From assembly GCF_003214255.1 (NCBI RefSeq), contig NZ_CP029011.1, positions 210,001 through 242,000 on the forward strand: a DNA stretch of 32,000 bases. Direction: 5' to 3'. Below the pieces are notes generated by a model, which saw only the letters and a list, made by a program, of their open reading frames with translations, did no database searches and had not been told where the DNA came from. Origin of the DNA: Candidatus Karelsulcia muelleri (GTDB lineage Bacteria > Bacteroidota > Bacteroidia > Flavobacteriales > Blattabacteriaceae). Of the stretch, positions 1 through 9,691 are shown piece after piece (position 1 is the first letter of the stretch; every line of letters begins with the position of its first letter). A program made the position numbers and the translations under genes.

Positions 1-8
1 AATAAAAA

Positions 9-1340
9 TTGAATCAGAAGGATATAATTTTTATAAAAAAAAATATAATGAAATTAAATAAACAATTAAATTTTTTTATTAAAAAAAAAATTAATTCTTC
101 TTTTATAAAAAATTATATAAATTCAATTTGTAAAAAATCATTAAAAATTTTTAATGAAAAAATCATTTCTTTTTCTAAAGAAAAGAATTTTATTTCTTCC
201 ATAATTAAATATGATTATTCATTTCCTAGAAAAGAAAATATAGATTGGAAGATTTTAAAAAAATATTTAATAGATAAAAATGGAATATATTTATTTTTTT
301 TAAATGGTTTTTATCTTTCTAATTTTTTAGAAAAAAAAAATAAATTTATTTTTTCAATAAATGAAATTTTGCTTAAAAAAAAAAGCAATTCAACTATTGA
401 AAATTTTTTTGGTAAAACCATATCAAATAATGATATTTTTAATTCATTAAACTTTCTTTTTTCAAAAGATGGTGCGTATATATTTATACCGGATAAAATT
501 TGTTTAAAAAAAACGATTTATATTATAAATCTTTATAAAATAAAAAATGATTTTTCAATTCTAAATACTAGAAATTTAATAATTTTAGGAAAAAAATCTC
601 AAGCTAAAATTGTAGAATTTCATGAATCATTAACAAACAAAATTTTTTTTAGTAATTATATTACTGAAATTTATAATAAAAAAGAAAGTAATATAGAATA
701 TATAAAATTATATACGAATATAGCTTATTCTTATTTAAGAAATAAGACTTATATTACACAAAAAAAAAAAAGTATTTGTACTTTAAATAATTTTTCATTT
801 GAAGGAAAATTTTTAAATGAAAATATTAATTTTTTTTCTTGTGGGAAAAAATCAAAATCATATTTTAATGGACTAGCCATACTAAAAAAAAAATCTATAC
901 ATCAATATGTAAAAATTAATTCATTAATAGATCATTTATTTTCTAATTGTGAAAGTTATCAACTAACTAAATCAATATTAGATGGAACTTCAAAAGGGAG
1001 TTTTAATGGAAAAATTAGAATTCATAAAAAAGCTAATAATATTATTGCTTTTCAAAAGAATAACAACATATTATTAAATAAAAATTCATATGTTTATTCT
1101 AATCCAGAATTAGAAATTTTTGCAAATAATGTTAAATGTTCTCATGGAAGTACTCTAGGTACACTAGAGAAGAATAAAATTTTTTATCTTTGTACTAGAG
1201 GTATAGAAAAAAAAATTGCAAAATCAATACTTATTTTGTTATATGCAAAAAAAATATTAAAAAATATTAATATTCCTAAAATAAAATTGTTTTTATCTAA
1301 AAAAATATTAAATATTTTAAATTTAAAAAATGTTTTCTAA
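9..1340 (+). CDS. sufD: Fe-S cluster assembly protein SufD
   Basis: 443-aa ORF with a C-terminal SufB/SufD-family signature (PELEIFANNVKCSHGSTLGTLEKNKIFYLCTRGI). It is directly followed by and overlaps sufS. The TTG start at 9 overlaps a TGA at 10-12 that may be the stop of an upstream sufC-like gene cut off by the window. An alternative in-frame ATG lies at 48. The N-terminal half is very degenerate. Confidence 0.8.
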   Translation: MNQKDIIFIKKNIMKLNKQLNFFIKKKINSSFIKNYINSICKKSLKIFNEKIISFSKEKNFISSIIKYDYSFPRKENIDWKILKKYLIDKNGIYLFFLNGFYLSNFLEKKNKFIFSINEILLKKKSNSTIENFFGKTISNNDIFNSLNFLFSKDGAYIFIPDKICLKKTIYIINLYKIKNDFSILNTRNLIILGKKSQAKIVEFHESLTNKIFFSNYITEIYNKKESNIEYIKLYTNIAYSYLRNKTYITQKKKSICTLNNFSFEGKFLNENINFFSCGKKSKSYFNGLAILKKKSIHQYVKINSLIDHLFSNCESYQLTKSILDGTSKGSFNGKIRIHKKANNIIAFQKNNNILLNKNSYVYSNPELEIFANNVKCSHGSTLGTLEKNKIFYLCTRGIEKKIAKSILILLYAKKILKNINIPKIKLFLSKKILNILNLKNVF

Positions 1341-2544
1341 AAAAGAAATAAAAAGTATAAGAAATCAATTTCCCATTTTAAATACTATTATTAATAATAG
1401 AAAATTGATTTATTTTGATAATGCTGCTACTACTCAAAAACCTAAACAAATAATAAATTCAATAAAAAAATTTTATTACAAAATAAATTCTAATGTCCAT
1501 CGGGGAGCTCATTTTTTAAGTAAAAAAGCTACTGAAAAAATGGAATTAAGTAGGAAAAGAATTAAATTTTTTTTAAATGCTAAATCTTCACATGAAATTA
1601 TTTTTACAAGTGGAGCGACAGAAAGTATTAATTTAATAGCTAATAGTATTTCAGATTTAATAAATAAAAATGATGAAATATTAATTCCATATTCTGAACA
1701 TCATTCTAATATAATTCCTTGGCAAATACTTTGTAAAAAAAAAAAGGCATTATTAAAAATAATTCCTATTGATAATAATGGAAATTTAAAATTGGAAAAA
1801 TTTAAATCAATTCTTTCTAAAAGAACAAAATTAATTTCTTTAAGTCATGTATCTAATTCTTTAGGAATAATTAATCCAATTAACAAAATTATTTTTGAAG
1901 CTAAAAAATATAATATATTAGTAGTAATAGATGGTTCTCAAGCTATATCTCATATTCCTATAAATATAAAAAAAATAAATCCTGATTTTTATGTTTTTTC
2001 CATACATAAAATGTATGGCCCAACTGGGGTAGGAGTCCTTTATGGCAAAGAAGAACTTTTGAAATTATTTTCTCCATATAAATATGGAGGTGAAATGATT
2101 AAAAAAGTTTTGTTTGAAAAAACAACATATGCTAATTTACCTTTTAAATTAGAAGCTGGGACTCCAAATATAGAAGGAATTATTTCTACATTAGAGGTAA
2201 TAAAATTTATTAAAAAATATTCTATTAAGAATATTAAAATTTATGAAAATAAAATTATGAATTATGCAACTAAATTATTAAATAGTATAAAAGGAATTAA
2301 AATTTATGGAAAAGTGCGTTCTAATATTATATCTTTTAATCTAAAAAATATTCATCCATTTGATGGAGGTCAATTATTAGATAATTTTGGAATAGCTGTA
2401 AGAACAGGGAATCATTGTGCACAACCGTTAATGAGATTTTTTTCTATTCCTGGAACTATAAGAATAAGTTTTGCCATATATAATTCTTTTGAAGAAATAG
2501 ATTTTTTATTTAAAACAATATTAAAAATAAAAAAAATATTATAG
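1330..2544 (+). CDS. sufS: Cysteine desulfurase SufS (class V PLP aminotransferase)
   Basis: 404-aa ORF with the PLP-lysine motif SIHKMYGPTGVGVLYG and the catalytic cysteine loop RTGNHCAQPLM typical of SufS/CsdB. It overlaps sufD by 11 nt. Confidence 0.9.
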   Translation: MFSKKEIKSIRNQFPILNTIINNRKLIYFDNAATTQKPKQIINSIKKFYYKINSNVHRGAHFLSKKATEKMELSRKRIKFFLNAKSSHEIIFTSGATESINLIANSISDLINKNDEILIPYSEHHSNIIPWQILCKKKKALLKIIPIDNNGNLKLEKFKSILSKRTKLISLSHVSNSLGIINPINKIIFEAKKYNILVVIDGSQAISHIPINIKKINPDFYVFSIHKMYGPTGVGVLYGKEELLKLFSPYKYGGEMIKKVLFEKTTYANLPFKLEAGTPNIEGIISTLEVIKFIKKYSIKNIKIYENKIMNYATKLLNSIKGIKIYGKVRSNIISFNLKNIHPFDGGQLLDNFGIAVRTGNHCAQPLMRFFSIPGTIRISFAIYNSFEEIDFLFKTILKIKKIL

Positions 2545-2554
2545 TATATATATA
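2545..2554. promoter_or_regulatory. (TA)5 tract, candidate promoter (-10-like) element upstream of nusA-infB
   Basis: tatatatata lies 22-31 bp upstream of ATG 2576, in the 31-bp sufS-nusA spacer. Function is inferred from the recurrence of the same tract upstream of other operon leaders. Confidence 0.3.
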
Positions 2555-2575
2555 ATAAAAATAAATATATAAATA

Positions 2576-3613
2576 ATGTGTTCTTTGAATTGGTTTAAAG
2601 AGAAGTTTTTTTTTAATAAAAAACTTTTTATGTCAATAATAAAAAAATCTTTTATTTTTTTTTTAAAAAAAAAATATGGTAAGCTAAAAAATTATAAAAT
2701 ATTTTTTAATTATAAAAATGGAGAAATAGAAATTTGGAGAGATTTAAAAATAGTCTCAGATGAGATCATTAAAAATTTCAATAAACAAATCGAAATTTCG
2801 AAAGCTATTAAAATTAAAAAAAATTTAAAAATAGGAGATTCTTTAAAAGAAAAAATAGAATATCAACAATTGGGAAAAAAATTTTTATTTTCTTTAAAAA
2901 AAGATTTATTATATAAATTTAAAAAATTTGAGAGAAAAAATCAATTCCAAATTTTTCAAAAAAAAATTGGAGAGATTCTATATGCAAAAGTAGATTATAT
3001 AATGAATGACAATATTTTTTTTAAAAATAATGAAAATAATAAAATGATTTTACTGAAAGAAGAACAAATTCCAAATGAAAAATTTAAAAAAGGAAATTCA
3101 TTTTTTCTTCTTATAAAGAAAGTCAAATTTATAAAAAATAAAATTTATCTTTTACTTTCAAGAAAAGATAAAAATTTTTTAAAAAAATTATTGGAATTAG
3201 AAATTCCTGAAATATCTAATGGATTAATAATTATAAAAAAAATTGTCCGTATAGCAGGAGAAAGATCAAAAATTGCAATAAAATCAAAAAATAAAACAAT
3301 TGATCCTATTGGAACTTGTGTAGGCCTTAAAGGATCCAAACTAAAAAATATTATTAAAGAAATTAATAATGAAATTATAGATATAATAAATTATTCTTCT
3401 AATATAGAATTATATCTTACTAGATCTATAAGTCCTGCAAAAGTTGCCATGATAAAAATTGATAGAAAAAAAAAATTAGCATTTATTTCTGTCAATTCAG
3501 AAGAAATAAAAAAAGCAATTGGAAATAAAAAAACTAATTTACGTTTAGCCAGTAAATTAACTGGATATAAAATTTATATTTTAAATATTAAAAAAAAAAA
3601 TTATAATGAATAA
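2576..3613 (+). CDS. nusA: Transcription termination/antitermination factor NusA (short form)
   Basis: 345-aa ORF with an S1-like segment (GEILYAKVDYI...) and KH-type segments (RIAGERSKIAIKS..DPIGTCVGLKGSKLKNIIKEI; SISPAKV). It overlaps infB by 8 nt, as in the conserved nusA-infB operon. The start is uncertain (ATG at 2576 or 2630). Confidence 0.8.
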   Translation: MCSLNWFKEKFFFNKKLFMSIIKKSFIFFLKKKYGKLKNYKIFFNYKNGEIEIWRDLKIVSDEIIKNFNKQIEISKAIKIKKNLKIGDSLKEKIEYQQLGKKFLFSLKKDLLYKFKKFERKNQFQIFQKKIGEILYAKVDYIMNDNIFFKNNENNKMILLKEEQIPNEKFKKGNSFFLLIKKVKFIKNKIYLLLSRKDKNFLKKLLELEIPEISNGLIIIKKIVRIAGERSKIAIKSKNKTIDPIGTCVGLKGSKLKNIIKEINNEIIDIINYSSNIELYLTRSISPAKVAMIKIDRKKKLAFISVNSEEIKKAIGNKKTNLRLASKLTGYKIYILNIKKKNYNE

Positions 3614-5210
3614 AAAAACTACCGATTTGATGAAAATGAATTCTAAAGCTGCTGCTAAAAAATATAATAAAAAAGAGACTATTAGAACGAAACATGGTGG
3701 AGATGGAGAGAATGAAAAAGATCTTAAACCTAGATCACCTGTAGTGACTCTAATGGGACATGTAGATCATGGAAAAACATCTTTGTTAGATTATATAAGA
3801 AAAACTAATATTATAGCAGGTGAATTTGGGGGTATTACACAGCATGTAGGAGCTTATAATGTAAAATTTAAAAATGGAAAAAGTATTACTTTTTTAGATA
3901 CTCCAGGTCATGAAGCATTTACTGCTATGAGAGCTAGAGGAACTAAAATAACTGATATAGTAATTATAGTAATAGCAACAGATGAAAATGTTATGCCTCA
4001 AACTAAAGAAGCAATTAGTCATGCCCAAGGAGCAAAGGTTCCAATTATATTTGCATTAAATAAAATTGATAAAGTTAATTCAGATCCAATGAAAATTAAA
4101 AGAAAATTATCTGAAATGAATTTTTTATTAAAAGAATGGGGTGGAAATTATCCATCTCAAGATATTTCAGCTAAATCTGGAGAAGGGGTAGATCAATTAT
4201 TAGAAAAAATTTTATTAGAAGCCAAAAAATTAAATTTAAGAGCAAATCCAAATAAACCTGCTGAAGGCACAGTAATAGAAGCTTCTTTAGAAAAAGAAAG
4301 AGGATATACAACTACAATTTTAATTCAAGGAGGAACTTTAAAAGTAGGAGATTATCTTGTAGCAGGAACGTTTCATGGCAAAGTAAAATTAATTTTAAAT
4401 GAAAGAGGAAAATCTCTTAAAAAAGAATATCCTTCTAAACCTGTAATAATTTTGGGGTTAAATGGTCCCCCTTTTCCTGGGGAGAAATTTAAAGTTTTTT
4501 TAAATGAAAAAGAAGCCAAGCAATTTGTTGAAAACAAAATTAAATTAAAAAAAGAACATAAATTTCGTTTTCAACGCAAACCACAAATAACCTTAGAACA
4601 AATAACCTTAGAACAAATGACAAAAAAAATTAAAAAATTAAAATTAATTATTAAAGCAGATGTTGATGGTTCAGTAGAAGCTCTGAGTGATTCATTAGAA
4701 AATTTATCAACAGATAAAATTGTAGTTCAAATAATATATAAAAATATTGGCTTAATATCTGAATCAGATATTTTATTAGCCGTTGCATCTAATGCAATTA
4801 TAATTGGATTTAATGTTAAAATTACTTCTAAAGCTAAAATTCTTGCAAATCAAAAAAAAATAGATATAAGATTATATTCTGTAATATATAATGCAATTAA
4901 TGCTATTAAAAAAGCATTAGACGCTCAAAAAATAATTCCTACTAAATTAGTAGGTACTGCGAAAGTAATTAATTGTTTTAAACACAAAAAAATTGGAACA
5001 ATAGCAGGATGTTTAATTTTAACTGGGCAAATAAAACGTAATTCTAAATTACGTTTAATTAGAAAAGGACAATTAATTTATTCTGGAGAATTAAATTCTT
5101 TAAAAAGATTTAAAGAAGATGTTAAAGAAGTTAATAAAGGATATGAATGTGGAATAGTCATAAAAAATTTTAATGACATAAAAATAGGAGATATAATTGA
5201 ATTCTATTAA
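3606..5210 (+). CDS. infB: Translation initiation factor IF-2 (N-terminally minimal)
   Basis: 534-aa ORF with GTPase motifs GHVDHGKTSLLD, DTPGHEAF and NKID, plus IF-2 C-terminal domains. Only about 45 residues precede the G domain. Confidence 0.95.
   Translation: MNKKTTDLMKMNSKAAAKKYNKKETIRTKHGGDGENEKDLKPRSPVVTLMGHVDHGKTSLLDYIRKTNIIAGEFGGITQHVGAYNVKFKNGKSITFLDTPGHEAFTAMRARGTKITDIVIIVIATDENVMPQTKEAISHAQGAKVPIIFALNKIDKVNSDPMKIKRKLSEMNFLLKEWGGNYPSQDISAKSGEGVDQLLEKILLEAKKLNLRANPNKPAEGTVIEASLEKERGYTTTILIQGGTLKVGDYLVAGTFHGKVKLILNERGKSLKKEYPSKPVIILGLNGPPFPGEKFKVFLNEKEAKQFVENKIKLKKEHKFRFQRKPQITLEQITLEQMTKKIKKLKLIIKADVDGSVEALSDSLENLSTDKIVVQIIYKNIGLISESDILLAVASNAIIIGFNVKITSKAKILANQKKIDIRLYSVIYNAINAIKKALDAQKIIPTKLVGTAKVINCFKHKKIGTIAGCLILTGQIKRNSKLRLIRKGQLIYSGELNSLKRFKEDVKEVNKGYECGIVIKNFNDIKIGDIIEFY
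4584..4618 (+). repeat. 15-bp in-frame tandem duplication (caaataaccttagaa x2.3) inside infB
   Basis: Identical copies at 4584-4598 and 4599-4613, plus a partial caaat. They encode QITLE-QITLE-Q. Confidence 0.95.
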
Positions 5211-5230
5211 TTAAGAATTCTATTAATTAA
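5199..5230 (+). repeat. Perfect 16-bp tandem duplication spanning the infB stop codon
   Basis: gaattctattaattaa occurs at 5199-5214 and again at 5215-5230. The first copy contains the last three infB codons plus TAA. Confidence 0.95.
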
Positions 5231-5248
5231 GTTCTCCATAAGTTTTCT

Positions 5249-6364
5249 TTATAAATTAATAATTTTTTTTTGAATTTTTCTTGATTCTTTATGAATCACT
5301 TTGAAAAGTTCTTCTAAAAATTTCGTTGCAAGTCCAAATTGGGTTCCCATCTTTTTATATTCTTCTATTAATGTTTTCCATCTTTTCTGTTGCAAAATCA
5401 CTAAATTACTATTTTTTTTAATTAAAGCTATTTGTTCTGAATAATTCACTCTTTTAGATAAAAGATAAATTATATTATGATCTAATTCCTTAATTAGGTT
5501 TCTTACCTGGTCTAATTCAAATTGGGATTTTTCTTTGTCTTTGTCTTGGGTTTCTTTTAATCTCAATGAATGGTTATTAAGTTTTTTAATATAATCTCCT
5601 AATATTGAAGGTTGAATTTGTTGTTGGGAATCGCTAAATGCGTCGTCAGGATTACAATGAGTTTCTATTATAAATCCATCATAGTTAAAATTTCTAGCTT
5701 GAATCATTACTTCCAATAATCTTTCTTTATTTCCACAAATATGAGATGGATCACATAATATAGGAATATTTGGAAATAATTTTTTAAATTTTAATGCCAA
5801 GTCCCAATTAGGAGGATTTCGATAAATCAAACTTTTATAGGTAGAAAATCCACGATGGATAATACCTAATTTGGTTATACCTTGATTTAATAATCTTTCT
5901 AAAGCTCCTATCCATAATTCTATATCAGGATTTATAGGATTTTTAACTAAAATTATTTTATTTGTATCTTTCAAGGCTTCTGCAATTTCTTGTACCGTAA
6001 ATGGATTCACTGTACTTCTAGCTCCTATCCAAAGAATATCAACTTCATGTTTTATTGCAAGTTTTACATGAGTAGCATTTGCAATTTCTGTAGCAATTAA
6101 TAATCCAGTTTCTTTTTTTACCTCTTTAAGCCATTTTAATCCAATTTCTCCTATTCCTTCAAAAGAATTTGGTCTAGTTCTAGGTTTCCAAATTCCTGCT
6201 CTAAAAATCTTTATATTATTTATTTTTTTTAATTTTTTAGCAATTTCTAATACTTGATCTTTAGATTCTGCACTACAAGGACCTGATATAATCAGTGGTT
6301 TGTTAAACTTATTTATCCAATCTTGTTTAATTAAATTTAACTTCATCATTTTTGTGGTTTTCAT
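5249..6364 (-). CDS. aroG: Bifunctional 3-deoxy-7-phosphoheptulonate (DAHP) synthase / chorismate mutase
   Basis: 371-aa ORF. The N-terminal ~265 aa are DAHP/KDO8P-synthase family, type I-beta-like (ISGPCSAES, RAGIWKPRTRP, CDPSH). The C-terminal ~90 aa form a helical AroQ chorismate-mutase-like domain (LDQVRNLIKELDHNIIYLLSKRVNYSEQIALIKK). This fusion architecture is common in Bacteroidetes. Confidence 0.85.
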   Translation of the reverse strand: MKTTKMMKLNLIKQDWINKFNKPLIISGPCSAESKDQVLEIAKKLKKINNIKIFRAGIWKPRTRPNSFEGIGEIGLKWLKEVKKETGLLIATEIANATHVKLAIKHEVDILWIGARSTVNPFTVQEIAEALKDTNKIILVKNPINPDIELWIGALERLLNQGITKLGIIHRGFSTYKSLIYRNPPNWDLALKFKKLFPNIPILCDPSHICGNKERLLEVMIQARNFNYDGFIIETHCNPDDAFSDSQQQIQPSILGDYIKKLNNHSLRLKETQDKDKEKSQFELDQVRNLIKELDHNIIYLLSKRVNYSEQIALIKKNSNLVILQQKRWKTLIEEYKKMGTQFGLATKFLEELFKVIHKESRKIQKKIINL

Positions 6365-6392
6365 TTTAATATACTAAAAAATTTAATTGCAA

Positions 6393-7547
6393 TCAATAAT
6401 TTTTAATTATTCTTTTTTTTGCTGTTTTTAAGAACTTTTTTTTACAACATAAAGATAATCTTACATATCCTTTTCCATTACTTCCAAAAATACTACCAGG
6501 TGTAATAAATATTTTATATTTATATAAGATTTTATTTGTCCATAATATGTCATTCTTCTTATTAAGTTTGCCCCAAACAAACAAACCAGCACTGTTTTTA
6601 GAATAACTTATTTTCAATAAATCACAAATTTCCCAAATTATATTTCTTCGTTTATAATATTCTTTATTTTGAGAAAAAAACCAATTGTTATTAAATTTCA
6701 TTGCTTCTATAGCTCCTTTTTGGAGAGGAAAATACATCCCAGAATGTACTTGACTTTGAATTTTAATTATATTTTCTAGTATATTTTTTTTTCCAGCTAT
6801 CATGCCTATTCTCCAGCCTGCCATATTATAACTTTTACTTAAAGTATTTAATTCAAGAGATACATCTTTTGATTTTTTAATATTAAAAATACTAATTGGA
6901 TTATCATTTAATATAAAACTATATGGATTATCATGCACTAATAAAATATTATTTTTTCTAGAAAAAAAAACAATTTTTTCTAATTCTTCAATATTTATTT
7001 TTGCTCCTGTAGGCATATGAGGATAATTTATCCAAAAAATTTTAACTTTATTTAAATTAAATTTATTAATTTCAAATAAATTTGGAAGCCATTTATTTTT
7101 TTCTATTAATGAATAATAAATAATTTTTCCTCCAATTAATTTAGAAATTGAAGTATATGTAGGATACCCAGGATTAGGAATTAATACATAATCATTTTTA
7201 TTAAGATATGCCATACTAGTATATAATATTCCTTCTTTAGACCCCATAAGAGGTAAAATTTCGTTTTCGGGATTTAAATCAATTTTATAATTTTTATAAT
7301 ACCATTCAGAAAATTTTTTTCTTAAATTAGGAATTCCTAAATATTCTTGATATTTATTTGCGTTTTCATTTTCTGAGGCTTTTTTCATTGTTTTTATTAC
7401 TCCTAATGGAGGAAATAAATCTGGATTTCCTATTCCTAAATTAATAATTTTATTTCCTTTTTTTTCTAAAAACTTTAATTCTTTATTTTTTTTAGAAAAA
7501 TAATATTCTGAAATCTTTTTCAGATTAAATGAGGGATAAATAGTCAT
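6393..7547 (-). CDS. Class I/II PLP-dependent aminotransferase (probably aromatic/prephenate aminotransferase by context)
   Basis: 384-aa ORF with motifs INLGIGNPDL, GSKEG, NPGYPTY and the PLP-lysine motif SKSYNMAGWRIG. It sits between prephenate dehydratase and DAHP synthase/chorismate mutase. Substrate specificity is inferred from context only. Confidence 0.75.
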   Translation of the reverse strand: MTIYPSFNLKKISEYYFSKKNKELKFLEKKGNKIINLGIGNPDLFPPLGVIKTMKKASENENANKYQEYLGIPNLRKKFSEWYYKNYKIDLNPENEILPLMGSKEGILYTSMAYLNKNDYVLIPNPGYPTYTSISKLIGGKIIYYSLIEKNKWLPNLFEINKFNLNKVKIFWINYPHMPTGAKINIEELEKIVFFSRKNNILLVHDNPYSFILNDNPISIFNIKKSKDVSLELNTLSKSYNMAGWRIGMIAGKKNILENIIKIQSQVHSGMYFPLQKGAIEAMKFNNNWFFSQNKEYYKRRNIIWEICDLLKISYSKNSAGLFVWGKLNKKNDILWTNKILYKYKIFITPGSIFGSNGKGYVRLSLCCKKKFLKTAKKRIIKNY

Positions 7548-8374
7548 TTATTAATTCCATTTTTATATTCTCCTATTACATAAAAATTATTAATTAAATT
7601 TTTTATTTTTTTTTTAAAAATTAAATAATTAATAATTTTTTTAAAAAATATATCCATATAAAATTTATATTTCCATATATTATTTTTTTTTGGAAAAGTT
7701 TGAATACTGGTAATTTTTATTTCAAATATTGAAATTATTTTTAGTAGAAAGTATAATTCATCAATTAAATTGTTTAAACTAAAATAACAAGATGCTTTAT
7801 TAAACTTTAAATAAAAGTCTTTCTTTTTTTGTATCACAAAAAATCTTGTATAATTTTTCTTTACTGTTTGAATATTTTTATCTATAATTTTTAAATTATA
7901 AACCCTTGCTGCTTCTTTAGAAGCTATTGCTGCTATATTTTTTTTTTTCTTTTTATATATAAAAAAAGCTGCTTCTGCAGTATCCGCATATTCAGTTATT
8001 TTTAAATTTTTATATTTAGATAAATATTTTTTACATTGTAGCAGAGCCATAGGATGGGAAATAATTTGTTTTATATTTTTAATATCATTTTGTTTTAAAA
8101 TCATTAAATTCTGATTTATAGGGAAATAAATTTCACCAATAATTTTAAGCTTAAAATTTTTAATTAAATTATAATTTTCAATTATAACACCTACTAAAGA
8201 ATTTTCTATTGCTATAACTCCTATCTCAGCTTTTTTGGTTACTACAACATTAATTAATTTCTTAAATGTTTTACATTCAACTAATTTATATGGTTCTTTT
8301 TTAAAAAATTTTTTAGTTGCTAATTCATGAAAACATCCTTTTATTCCTTGAATAGCGATTTTTTTTCTCATCAT
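7544..8374 (-). CDS. pheA: Prephenate dehydratase
   Basis: 276-aa ORF with an N-terminal IAIQGIKGCFHELA, ISHPMALLQC and the NYTRFFVI (TRF) motif. The C-terminal ACT-like region is degenerate. It overlaps the downstream aminotransferase by 4 nt. Confidence 0.8.
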   Translation of the reverse strand: MMRKKIAIQGIKGCFHELATKKFFKKEPYKLVECKTFKKLINVVVTKKAEIGVIAIENSLVGVIIENYNLIKNFKLKIIGEIYFPINQNLMILKQNDIKNIKQIISHPMALLQCKKYLSKYKNLKITEYADTAEAAFFIYKKKKKNIAAIASKEAARVYNLKIIDKNIQTVKKNYTRFFVIQKKKDFYLKFNKASCYFSLNNLIDELYFLLKIISIFEIKITSIQTFPKKNNIWKYKFYMDIFFKKIINYLIFKKKIKNLINNFYVIGEYKNGINK

Positions 8375-8380
8375 TAAAAT

Positions 8381-9376
8381 TTAATTAATTAATAAATTTT
8401 TTTTTTTTAAAAATTCTAAAATTTGAATTGCATTAGTAGCAGATCCTTTCCGTAAATTATCAGAAACAATCCATAAATTTAAAGATCTTTTTTGAGAAAA
8501 ATCTCTTCTAATTCGTCCTACAAATACATTATCATTATTTTCACTTAAAATTGGCATAGGATATATATTTTTTTTTAAATTATCCATTAATTTTAATCCT
8601 GGGTATTTTAATAATAAATCTCTAATTTCCTTCATTTCAAAATCTTTTTTAAATGTTAAATTTACACATTCCGAGTGACCTCCTATTACAGGTATTCGGA
8701 CAGAAGTAGCAGTAATTTTTAATCTTGAAAGATTTAAAATTTTTTTTGTTTCATTAATTAATTTTAATTCTTCTTTAGAATATCCAGAAATCTCAAATAT
8801 ATCACATTGAGGAATTGCATTTTTATTTATTTTATAATAAAAATTCTTATTTGATTTTAAACACTTTTCTTCAGTTAAAAGTTGATCTAATCCTTTTTTC
8901 CCTGATCCTGTTACAGATTGATAAGTAGATATTATAACACGTTTTAATTTATATTTAATATTTAATGGGTTTAATACCATTACTAATTGTATTGTGGAAC
9001 AATTAGGATTTGCAATTATTTTATCTTTTTGAGATAAAAGCTCTCCATTTATTTCAGGTACTATTAATTTTTTTGATTTATCCATTCTCCAGGCTGAAGA
9101 ATTATCTATTAATTTAATCCCTTTTTTTGCAAATTTAAGGGCCCATTTTTTTGAAATTTCTGCTCCAGCTGAAAAAATTGCTACATCAGGTTTTAAATCA
9201 AGTACTTCTTTTAAACTTAAAATTCTATATTTTTTTTTATTAAAAAATATTGTTTTTCCTATTGATTTTGTTGAGGCAACAGGATAAAAATTTTTAATAA
9301 AAATTTTTTTCTCTTCTAAAATCTTCAGAAGAACACGTCCCACCATTCCGGTTACTCCAACTATAGCTAAATTCAT
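8381..9376 (-). CDS. asd: Aspartate-semialdehyde dehydrogenase
   Basis: 331-aa ORF with an N-terminal Rossmann motif (IVGVTGMVGRVLL), the active-site segment IANPNCSTIQLV, and VRIPVIGGHSECVNL. Confidence 0.9.
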   Translation of the reverse strand: MNLAIVGVTGMVGRVLLKILEEKKIFIKNFYPVASTKSIGKTIFFNKKKYRILSLKEVLDLKPDVAIFSAGAEISKKWALKFAKKGIKLIDNSSAWRMDKSKKLIVPEINGELLSQKDKIIANPNCSTIQLVMVLNPLNIKYKLKRVIISTYQSVTGSGKKGLDQLLTEEKCLKSNKNFYYKINKNAIPQCDIFEISGYSKEELKLINETKKILNLSRLKITATSVRIPVIGGHSECVNLTFKKDFEMKEIRDLLLKYPGLKLMDNLKKNIYPMPILSENNDNVFVGRIRRDFSQKRSLNLWIVSDNLRKGSATNAIQILEFLKKKNLLIN

Positions 9377-9380
9377 AATT

Positions 9381-9405
9381 TATTTTATTTTATTTTATTT
9401 TATTT
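9381..9405. repeat. (TATTT)5 pentanucleotide microsatellite in the rpsT-asd spacer
   Basis: Five perfect tandem TATTT units, read directly from the sequence and immediately followed by the (TA)5 tract at 9408-9417. Confidence 0.95.
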
Positions 9406-9407
9406 TC

Positions 9408-9417
9408 TATATATATA
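9408..9417. promoter_or_regulatory. (TA)5 tract, candidate promoter element upstream of asd
   Basis: tatatatata lies 32-41 bp upstream of the asd start (9376, minus strand). Confidence 0.3.
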
Positions 9418-9424
9418 ATTTTTT

Positions 9425-9667
9425 TTATAAAATTAAAGTTTTTAATAATTTACTTTTTAATCTATTTGATTTATTTTTATGAATAATTTTTTTATTTACT
9501 AATCTATCTATTAGAGATGATAATTTATTTCTTTTATTTTTTATATCTTTTTTATTAGATTTTAAATTCTTAATTAATGTTCTAGTATATTTAAAATATA
9601 CTTTTTTTTGTAACCTTTTTAAATTATTTTGTTTAATTCGCTTTAATGCCGATTTTGTATTTGCCAT
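9425..9667 (-). CDS. rpsT: 30S ribosomal protein S20
   Basis: 80-aa basic ORF beginning MANTKSALKRIKQNNLKR, the typical bS20 N-terminus. Confidence 0.9.
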   Translation of the reverse strand: MANTKSALKRIKQNNLKRLQKKVYFKYTRTLIKNLKSNKKDIKNKRNKLSSLIDRLVNKKIIHKNKSNRLKSKLLKTLIL

Positions 9668-9691
9668 TTTTCATATAAACTTTTTTCATAG

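Noticed and set aside
3145-3339. 64-aa ORF antisense to nusA
   Set aside because: It lies entirely within the well-supported nusA KH-domain region on the opposite strand. It has no recognisable motif and is a typical shadow ORF.
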